Source: a virus. Taken from it: a stretch of 64,000 nt of DNA. The stretch is taken from positions 32,001-96,000 of the IMG/VR virus record IMGVR_UViG_3300034111_000335. One strand, 5' to 3'. The notes beneath the pieces are model-generated. The model worked only from the letters and a program-made list of their open reading frames with translations. It was not told where the DNA came from and did not search any database. This document shows positions 39,301 to 48,400 of this stretch, piece by piece (position 1 is the stretch's first letter; the number at the start of each line of letters is the position of its first letter). A program made the position numbers and the translations under genes.

Positions 39301-42300
39301 ACAAGAGTACTTATCAGCAAACAAAGATCACGTTAATCAAGAGTTGTATGATACTGTTCAAGAAAACTTAAACGATAGTTTTGAAAGAGCACAAGCTGCT
39401 TTAGCAGAAGCAACTCCTGAGGTTAGATCTAAGATACTTACAGACTTCTTAGATAAAGTAACTTTAAAGAATACTAAGTACGCTTACAATGTAAACTTAG
39501 TAAACAGTTTGTTTCCTAGTGCAGAATATACCCAAGAAGAACTAGACAACTCTAGAGAGGAATTAATTCAAAGAAGAGCACAACGTAGATCTGCACAGGT
39601 TCTTGGTACTGAAACTTTATCAGAAGACGAAGAAGAACAAAAAGACCAAAAAGAATTTAACGAAGTAGCAACACAGGCAGCTCAAACTCCTGAAGTAGTT
39701 GATGAATCAGGAAACTCTAATAGGGATGAGATTTATCTTGCTGGATATAATAGGATGCTTGAGAAAGCAAAAAATAATCCAATGGGATTTGATAAAGCAT
39801 TTGAGTCAGCTGTTAAGAGTAGATTAAGTAGAGTATTTACTCGTGGTACAAAAGACTACAACACTTTAACAAATGCGTTTGATAACTTACTAGATAAGAA
39901 GATTACTCCTGAAGAGTTTAGAAATATATTTTTATCTGTATGGAGGGACAACAAAGCAGACGAGAAAAAAGCTAATGCTGTCATCTTTCTTAAGTTTATT
40001 GCAGACAGGTATTTTGCAAATGATATGCCTGCAGACAGAGTAGCTTCTACTACTCCTGCAGCTAAGACTACTCCTGTTACCCCCGCTGCTACTGGTACTA
40101 CTACTACTACTCCCCCTAAAACGGTTGCTAAGAATGCACCTACTCCTAAACAAGGAGGTAAAGTAGATAGATTAAATGAAGTAGTTACACAAGAAGTAAA
40201 GGCTAGGATGACTCAGTTAGAGTACTTAGCTTCTCCTCTTAGAAGTATTGCTTTTGAATACAATAGACAGAATGAAAAAAATCAAGATCCTGCAGTTCTT
40301 AGAAACATCGCTTTACTAGAGAAACTTTCTAGTATTCCAGGTTCTCGCATTAGGGTTATGAATAGAAAACTATTCTTAACCTATCATATAATGCAGAGGA
40401 ATGCTGAAGTAGATCCAACAGAAGAGTTTGAGAAGATTGCAACTTATATCTCTGAAAACCAAATGTCTGTAGATACTTGGAATGCTTTGAGCGAGGAAGA
40501 GAAAGAAAGTTTAATGTCCCCCATAGATGCAATCTTAGGAAAGAACTTCTACGATGAAGGTATGGTTAGATTCTTCTTTACTTCTACTGATTCTAAGGGT
40601 AAGTTGTATCCTGTAGGTTCTGGTTTGTTTACAAATGCTGAACCTATCATCACTGCTGTAGACGGAGAAGAAAATTTAATAACCATAGACGGTCTTCCTA
40701 TGGAGTTAAATATGCCTACTGTCTCTAAGGGAGAGTATCCTATTAGTGATAGAATTATTGAGGAATACTCTAAGTTAGGAGGATCAGAACAAGAACTTAG
40801 AAATAAAAATGCAGACACATTTGAACGCTTAAAGGCTTTAAAGAAATCTATATCTGCTGCAAACTCTTTTAATGACTCTTTACCTTATATGGACTTTGAC
40901 TTCAATGTTTCATCTGGGGTAATGCTTCCTACACCTATTAACACTTTTGAGAAAGGAAATACTACAGAAGTAGAGAATGTAAAGAAAGCTAGAATCAGTG
41001 ACTTCAAGATTATAGAAGATCCTAGAGAGTCTGTCTTTGGTAAAAGTTTTGCTTTTGAAAAAGGTCGTGTATACTTTAATAACAATGGTAACCCTACTTT
41101 ATTAACTAACAACAAGATTGACCCAGCAGAAGCAGATGCATTAGCAGAAGTATATTTCTCTGAAGAGAATCCTTACTTTGCTAGTCCTAAAGAGGCAGAA
41201 GCTTATTTGTTTAACTTAATTAACCAAGTAGACAAGAAAACTCGCTTACATTTCTTTGTAAACGAAGAGTATCCAGGACCAGGTCAGTTTCCTGTAATCA
41301 TTGTTAAGTCCGTAGAAACAGGTACAGGATTTCAAAATACTGTTTTAACTAAGGAAGAGTTTGCAAGTACTCTTAAGAACCATTATTACAAAGCAAGTCT
41401 TGCTTTAATGAAGAGTGGTGAACCTGTCCTAAGATTTAAACCTGAAGGAGCAGTAACTCAGAACTATGCAGAGTATTTAAAAGATACTCATAACTTTCCT
41501 ATCAAAGACGGAGAGGTTGCTAAGCCTGTAAACAAGATAGTATATCTATCTACTGAGTCTTTAGCAGAACAGTTTCCAGAAATAACGGGTATTGTACCTA
41601 AAGTAGAAACTCCTAAGCAAGTACCAACTACTCCAGTTGTTCCTGCTCAACCTGTTTCAGTTGCCGATACTACTTTACCTGCATTACAGACCCTATCTAT
41701 TCTTTTGTTTCCTAGAGCTTTGGATGCTATAAGTCAGAGTGCTGTAGCAGACGCTCCTCAACTATCAGCAGTTAAGACTGTAGGAGAGGAATTCTATCAG
41801 ATGGCAATTAATACAGTTCTTGCAGATCCTAGCAAACTTTCTACTGTGTACTATCCTAAATTAATAAAGAATAATACTGGAGGTACTGGAGCTAGTGTGT
41901 ATTTTGAACTGACTCCGTATGATCCAACAGATCCAGGTGCTTTGGGTTCTCCTTTCTATATTGCTCGAGTACAAATAGCAGAAAGAGAAAAACCTGTAAC
42001 TCTTGTTTTAGTAAAACCTAAGTCTCCTTTTGGAGGTAAATTTGGTACTCCTAGATTCCTCGCAGAAATAGACTTAGCAAATCCTTCTGAAGGTAAGATG
42101 TCTTCTACTATACCAAGTGCACCTGTAGCTCCTGTAGTTCCTATAGCTCCCGTAGAACCCCCAGCCACTAAGAAAGCTAGACCTGTTCTTACAGCAAACA
42201 CATTTGAAGAACCTCAAGCAGAGGTAACAAGTGAGTCTCCTTTCTTAGATTCTTTACAAGATGAAGAAGAACTTAGAGCAGCAGCTAAAGAAGTCAAAGA

Positions 42301-42334
42301 CGCTTGTAAAGGTGACTTAGACGATATTGCTTAA
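36371..42334 (+). CDS. Giant cargo protein with membrane-inserting Gly/Ala-rich region
   Basis: 1987 aa. Hydrophobic segment GAMVAQMLPIIATGGLVGGAVKGLAGA, long coiled coils, Pro/Thr linkers. Single Cys near the C-terminus. Confidence 0.7.
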   Translation: MPDKFTGNVGPYAKPLAGAAPGDMRSRFNELVPMEVQNAYQQKAEIDVLEADRLENQKLLQEQRNVKLNSLKSLYRQAMPNPQFADRAASSVFDRIENAGSKQELNDIYSEIEGIREKAQDSLFLFDGMETFSGIAQSLASTAEGFFFGKETEVNKKKKLLKQANPDLNDVAGSVLPRDLFSEGVNAIKEAEFKSYGQKILTQYESPLALNQALEKARHGSSGAYKDFDAFVAPRLDDAFATKGHYLYREGEEAAQFQKDARNAFANPTYNQVSANFKHDLEKESLSSLKGAVMQKLQGELLKPRDAVDYNADNIKYYRNSLNIIDQRLNSLAGVYKVDKYAPDITLFGEKSSARRSTFKALGDTLPGQWVLDLIGGSDFDKAVFSESFYKPEVITYDAENRPVMSNQFMYTKADGSKGFNYGAIPEAGGAMVAQMLPIIATGGLVGGAVKGLAGAELGWASSAAAGIARGYDALNKVSAFGKELQLADRAATFASVAANTIPHFVEQEKRWGGNYVKRGFAGGIVEASAEAIGFPDVGALKMRPMTTTLASSAMRSAGLELNFGQRLGAYLNNSYEFAKMATKQNAVEALEEELSLIGNSIVQNTLMPEEYALRDREQVTAKTLTDTLVESFAAGLIYSFGTTGAGAYSYTRPENLKNMANWEAANNADLFVAKLSDLKDKGKITDQDFVQGMAKVRNLQGTLKSMVGFDSIRDLKTLNVDKDEQYNLFTNLLRKNELLTIDYDSLSEDEKNTLAKYKIANKISQKEAGKIEEIKKQLAEISTKENPTPAEIEKSVELTLLYQRIKRANIQSVKKGEISEEDKKFFYEKGLLQDADLQFTREDIDKEIASIDKSILKTQKRIDRYANLTDSEKRDVIRQVYDEKIDAVMNIDGTAELVSSMSALKKDLDYLKLKGEEEVPGQIEHKERLLDAYGKKMYDLTNERDEFGQNKIEQKVSTFDAVALEQEGDFYSMLEAQEYLSANKDHVNQELYDTVQENLNDSFERAQAALAEATPEVRSKILTDFLDKVTLKNTKYAYNVNLVNSLFPSAEYTQEELDNSREELIQRRAQRRSAQVLGTETLSEDEEEQKDQKEFNEVATQAAQTPEVVDESGNSNRDEIYLAGYNRMLEKAKNNPMGFDKAFESAVKSRLSRVFTRGTKDYNTLTNAFDNLLDKKITPEEFRNIFLSVWRDNKADEKKANAVIFLKFIADRYFANDMPADRVASTTPAAKTTPVTPAATGTTTTTPPKTVAKNAPTPKQGGKVDRLNEVVTQEVKARMTQLEYLASPLRSIAFEYNRQNEKNQDPAVLRNIALLEKLSSIPGSRIRVMNRKLFLTYHIMQRNAEVDPTEEFEKIATYISENQMSVDTWNALSEEEKESLMSPIDAILGKNFYDEGMVRFFFTSTDSKGKLYPVGSGLFTNAEPIITAVDGEENLITIDGLPMELNMPTVSKGEYPISDRIIEEYSKLGGSEQELRNKNADTFERLKALKKSISAANSFNDSLPYMDFDFNVSSGVMLPTPINTFEKGNTTEVENVKKARISDFKIIEDPRESVFGKSFAFEKGRVYFNNNGNPTLLTNNKIDPAEADALAEVYFSEENPYFASPKEAEAYLFNLINQVDKKTRLHFFVNEEYPGPGQFPVIIVKSVETGTGFQNTVLTKEEFASTLKNHYYKASLALMKSGEPVLRFKPEGAVTQNYAEYLKDTHNFPIKDGEVAKPVNKIVYLSTESLAEQFPEITGIVPKVETPKQVPTTPVVPAQPVSVADTTLPALQTLSILLFPRALDAISQSAVADAPQLSAVKTVGEEFYQMAINTVLADPSKLSTVYYPKLIKNNTGGTGASVYFELTPYDPTDPGALGSPFYIARVQIAEREKPVTLVLVKPKSPFGGKFGTPRFLAEIDLANPSEGKMSSTIPSAPVAPVVPIAPVEPPATKKARPVLTANTFEEPQAEVTSESPFLDSLQDEEELRAAAKEVKDACKGDLDDIA

Positions 42335-42372
42335 CTATCATAGATAATTAAAGCAAAACTAGATTAACAACT

Positions 42373-42380
42373 TATATTTG
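42373..42380 (+). promoter_or_regulatory. -7 promoter box TATATTTG upstream of the virion RNAP gene
   Basis: Exact box in an intergenic gap, 22 nt before ATG; no -33 TTG. Confidence 0.6.
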
Positions 42381-42402
42381 TAATAATAGCAACTAAAATA
42401 AA

Positions 42403-45400
42403 ATGATTTGTCCTAACTTAAGTGATAGTAAGATACGTGCTGAGTTTACTCACCTTAGTAACCTAGTAGGAGAAGACTTTGCTTATTTCGTATGGAATAG
42501 GAATGGTGGATACCCTCTAGATAAAACTGTGATAAAAATAAAAGGAAAAGAAACAGTAGTTGACAATCCTTTATATGCTCATTTTTTAGACTCTTACAAA
42601 AATGTAAAGCAAGCTACTTTAGCTACTTCTATTTTTTACAGTAAGAAGTTACATAAGAATAATCCTAACTTCAAAGATCTTCCAGTCCAAGAGCAGGCAA
42701 ACATTATACACAACTTTGTACAGGAGAATGAAACTCTAGAGAAAGCTTCTGAAAGAGTAATGAAGTTTATTGCTCAGGGTTTTAAGGCAGAAAGAATCAT
42801 AAGCGAAAATCTACAAAAGGTTGCTTTTGATGAAGCACGTAAGATTGCTAACGGTAGACAGTTGTTAGATTCTTATATGTGGTTTAAGAGTTCTCCTTTA
42901 TCTCAGCACTTAGACTTTGTGAACATGCAGAACAAAGAAGAAAGTTCTTTTGCTACATGGACTAAGTCTGCAATTACTTTATACAAAGGATCTGATTACT
43001 CTGATCTATACCATGAAGGATGGCATGAATTCACACAACGATTCATGACTAAGGAACAAAGGACTGCTTTATACCAAACGGTTAAATCAAGACCTTCTAC
43101 CGCTACTATTAATGGAGTTCAAGTACCTTACTATGCTTTGACTAATCGTCAGATAGAAGAAGTACTTGCAGAAGAATTTAGAAGGTTTGCTTTAAATAAG
43201 TCTAACCCTGAGGTTATCCCTCCAGTAGTAGAGACTCCTGTAAGAAATGTTTTCCAAAGAATTTGGGACTTCCTTACAAGTTTGTTTATAGTAAGCCCAC
43301 AAGAAGTTGCTCAGCAAGATCAAGACGCATTAGTAGAGGGTGTTGTAGGTTTATTTGAGAAACTATATGCTAACCAACTATCTGAGTATAGACCTAATGC
43401 AAGTAACATCTCTGAGAAAGTATTAAATAGAAATAAAGAATTCCAAATTAACTACAAAGCAAAGGACGGAAGAATAATTCCTTTTGGTTACAATGCTTTA
43501 GAGGCTGCTGAAATCTTTAGTGCTATTGACTACTTCTTAGCAGACGCAATGGATAACTTTACAGATGCAGAAGGTAATCCAACTAAGCTAGAGATGTCTT
43601 TCTTAATGGATCCTAAACTTAAGTCTATATATCTACCTAAGTTGTATGAGAGTGCCAGGGATTCTATGTTGCAGTATATCAATGCTTTACAAGGTGAAGT
43701 ACCTACTGCTGATGAAGCTACTGCTGCTGTTTTAAACTCTAGAATCAAAAACTTAAAAGGACTTGTAGTACGTACTGCAGAGAATGATGGTTGGGCAGAG
43801 GTAGTTAAGAATCACCAAAAGAACTCTAAGGGTGGAGTATTCTACTCAGGTAATAACTTAAACACTGCTGACGTAGACAATCGCTTAGATGAAACTAACG
43901 AAGAAAACTTTACTAGGGATAGTAGAAGTTTTGCAAATGCAGAGGATGTAGATCCTATGAGCTTAGCTTCTCCTGAAATTCTACAACTTATTAAGACTCT
44001 TCCTGGAATCTATTATAATAACAAAGGAGAACTTATTACAGCTACAGGTAACTCTTTTGGTTTACCACAAGCAGGAGACTTCCTTAGAAATAAAAACTTA
44101 GTTTTAAATAAGGTAAGTGGAGCCATTAATTATGAGGAAGCTATTCAGAGACTTAGAAACTCTCTAGATATTGCTCCACAATTGCAGAACTTAATCAACA
44201 GATTACCTAATACCTCTGACACACTTTCGTTGGCTCAGATGGCTTTAAAAGCACAATTTATGCAGTTTGCAGCTATGCCTACTGTGGCTCCTTACGAAGT
44301 TAAGTCTAGGATTAAGTCTACAGCTGCTAAAGTGTCTAAGAATAAGGACAGTGTAATGGAGCACGTAACTTTCTTGAACAATACAATGTCTCAAGAAAAA
44401 CTTATTGAACACTTTGATCAGAACTTTGTAACTAACAGACTTCGTAAGTATAGAATAACTGATCCTACAGAAAGTACATTAGCTGTATTTGACTCTGCTG
44501 GAATACTTAGCGACTATGCTGCATACAAAGAAGTAGGCTTTACTTCTGATAAAGCAGTGTTTGAATTCTTAAACGATGCTTTTGGTATCGACTTAGTTAA
44601 TAATAAAAACCCTAACTTACTCTTTAATAAAAAAGGAGAAGTACAGCTTAGTGTAAATCCTATCTTTACTCCTACCAACATAAGAAACATCAATAAGATT
44701 GCAAACAATGCTTTGTTTAAGTTAAATCTTATTTCTATGCTTCCATCAGAAGTAACTGTTCCTACTGTTGGGTCTAATCCTTTGTTGACTTTATCTTCAG
44801 ACATATCTAAGCAACTTAAAGCTCAGATAGACGCACTGCCTAATAATCCAAAGAACAAAGAAATTAAAGAGTACTTAGCTAAACACTTTAAGGCTGCAAC
44901 ACTAGACAACGAAAGAACTTCTGCTTTCTCTACGTTTGAAAAGATTTACAATATCTCTAACTCTGCTTCTTATATTAGTCCTGAGGGTAATTTAGAATAT
45001 GCAATTAGAGAATGGAATCACTTACTAGATACAGTTTCTAAGATCAACAGTGTACAGACTAAGTTTGATCTTACAGGACATTTGAATCCTGAAACAAATA
45101 ATTTTATTGAACACAGTATCATTATGAAGCGGATGTTCCGTGCTGATAATGGTGAAAGGAGACTTACTAATTCAGGAGAGGACGTTGAACTAAGAGTTAC
45201 TAATATGTCTGGTTACACTATAGGAACTACTATGGGAGACAAGACAACTAACCTTACTGGAGATGGAAAACTACTACAAGACTTTATAGCTTTTAAGAAA
45301 GATGCTGTAGTAGAAAATATGAGAGTAGGAGCTAAGAGTAGTTCTTTTGCTACATTCCTAAATGGTAACAAGTTAGACAGAGAGTACTTTCCTTTAGAAG

Positions 45401-48400
45401 AATATAATTTTAAAAACAAAGCAGTATTGTCTTCCTCTTTCATAGCTCAGATGCAACAGTATTTGTACTTTGAAGCTATGCGTATGTTTGATGATAAGGC
45501 TAAGTCCAACAAGAAAGAAATCTTAGGATCTGATTTTATCATATTCAAAGACATGATTCCTGACTCTATTCAAAGTAGAGTTAAGGAAGCTGTGGCTAAT
45601 GCTGAAAGTAAAGCAGCTCTTAAAGGTGCTTTAACAGGAATGTTTGGCATGTCTAGTAACTCTCTTTACGGAGAATTCAAGAATGCTTTAACAGATTACT
45701 TTGCAAACTCTGTACAAACTCTTAGAACTTCTTTTAAAGAAATCTTAAGCAAAGGAGAAAACAAAGACTTAGCTCAACAATTTAACCGACTCTATCCAAA
45801 AAATAGTGGATCAGCGTATACGGATGAAGAGATTGATTCTAATCTTATGCACTTTACAACTAACTATTATGTGCATCAGGTAGAACTACTCCACTTAACT
45901 GTAGGAGATCCTTCTAACTTCCAAATTAAAAACTCAGATTGGAGAGGATTGTTTAAACGCTTAGGTGCTACTATCTCTCCAGGAAAACAACCTAGACTTG
46001 ACTCTCAAGATATAAACTCTTGGAACACTAGTTCTAATGGTAGCCTCTCTAGAGGACTTGAAGAAATTCAAAGAGGTACAGGAAAGTCCAGACAATACGA
46101 TAATAACCTTAACTACGTACAGTACGAAGATGTAAAGACTTTTGACTACTTAGATGAAAGTACAAAAGAAAGCATCAGAGAAAGTATGAGAGAAAACTAC
46201 TTGAGTGCATTAGCTACTGTTAAGGGTGCTCTTACTCCTGAGGACATAAGCAGAGAAACTGCTAAGATTGACAAAAACCTTGATGCTGTATTCGAACAAG
46301 GAAAAGAATCAGATGCTCAGGCTTATGCAGGTTTAGATTTTATTCGTTTCTACCTTAACTCTGTTGGGGAATGGCCTAATGACTTAGAACAAGCATATAA
46401 ACACGAGTTAGAAGTATTCAAGGCAATTAAAAAATATAGACAGTCAAACTCAGATCAAGACAAAGCTGAAGTCTATTCCTTGATTGCAAAAAGTAATCTA
46501 GGTATTTTGACATCTTTAAAGCTTGGATACTATGGTTCTCCTACAGACTTTACTAAATACAACGTATTAGGTAAGTACTCTGTGTTTCCATTAAGTCCTT
46601 CTATGGTTTTTGACACAGACTTAGAAGATGTTATGATGGACTACTTAGACAAAGGTGTAGACTTAGCGACTTTCTCTAGCGGTAATAAAATGGCTCTTCC
46701 TACAAAAGAACTTCCCTACTATGAAAAGAAAGTAGTAAAGGGTAAATCGGAGTATGTAGAAGGAGACAACGGGCAGTTAAAGATTGGTAAAGTAGATCCT
46801 GAAGCCGTAATTAGACTTCCTATTGACGGTCTTCGTAGACAACAGTACATTGCTCCTAAAACAAAGAATGAAGCTACTTTATCTACACAGATGGTTAAAC
46901 TTATCTTTAGTAACTTTTATGTTGGAGGAGATATTAATCCTGCTTATGCTCACCTAGAAGAAAAGATTAACAATCTTCAAGAAGCATTTATTGATAATAT
47001 TAAAGTTATCGTAGATGTAGAGAAAGCAAAAATCTACTCTAAGATTGGTGCTACAGTAGGTGCTGATGGTAACATAACAGGTATCAATACTGCAGACTTT
47101 ACTAGCTGGTTGCATAGTGAGTTTGATAAGAAAGACGTACCTACTTCTGTGTATTCTTTCTTAAGACCTACTGTTAATAATTCTTTTGTATTCTCTGTAG
47201 ATGCAGGAGTACAACGTTCTTTGATAGATCAGATTATTTCTTCTGCTTTATCTAAGCGTGTATTGAGACCTAAGTTATTTGGTGAAGCTTACATACAGTT
47301 AGCTTCTACTGGTTTTAACAAATTAGGTACTCGTATGAAGAAGCCTACTACTTCTCAATTGAAATCTATAGCTAAGGGCTTCAATGTAAGCGGTCTAAGA
47401 GACTATCGTATTGAGAATGGAGTAGTACAGCCTGCGGATGTTTTAATTCCATTTAATCCAAAGAAACACACTCCCCTATTAAACTTAGAGTGGAATGGTG
47501 CACCTATCCAAACACTAGATAGATTAAACCAAGCCTTAGAGGATGATGCTTGGGTAGCAGAACACTCTGCTAAGATTAGTATAGTAGGGGTACGTATTCC
47601 TGTTCAGGGATTAAACTCTATGGAACACTTTAGAGTACGTAGGTTCTTATCTAATGTAGGAGGTCCTGTAATGGTTGTTCCTCCTTCTATTGTAACTAAG
47701 TCTGGATCGGATTTTGACATAGATAAATTGTTTATGTATGAGCCAGAGTTAGACGATAACGGAAACTTAGTATCTAATTCTAGACTAAGTGACCCTGAGT
47801 TTAGAACACAAGTCATAGATAATATCTTGGCAAAGAATGAATTCTTAGCTCTTAGAGCAGATAGTTTACAAACTTTGTTTGCCTCTGCTGACTTTAAAGA
47901 AGCGGGCTTAGTATCTAAAGAAATTGAAACTCTTAAGAAGTTTATAGACGATTTAAAAGAAGCTAAGAATTCTGGAGACCAAGATGCAATTACAGAATTT
48001 AAAGAAAACATTGGTCCGTTAAACATGAAGTTAGGTATTGCTATTGAGAGATTTAAAACTCTTCGTAGTCAAGACCCTAAAGTAGTAGAGATGTTACAGA
48101 ATTTAGTTAGTGCTAATGAAATACTTGCTGATATGAAAGACATTTCAGAGAAAGCTCTTAAGGGTTCTGCTTCTAATAATATGATCTCTGTAATAGCTTC
48201 TGTGTTGTCTGAGCCAAGTATCTTTACAGAATTTACCAAGCCTAACACTAACGTTATTCTTCCTGCTATTGCAGAAGAATATCAAAAACTAAAAGGTAAA
48301 GAGAGTCGTATTTCTTCTAGTGCTATGTTCTTGATTGAAACTTCTGTTAGAATCTTTACAGAGAATAACTTAGGTAAGAAGTCTTTGGGTGTAGATGCTA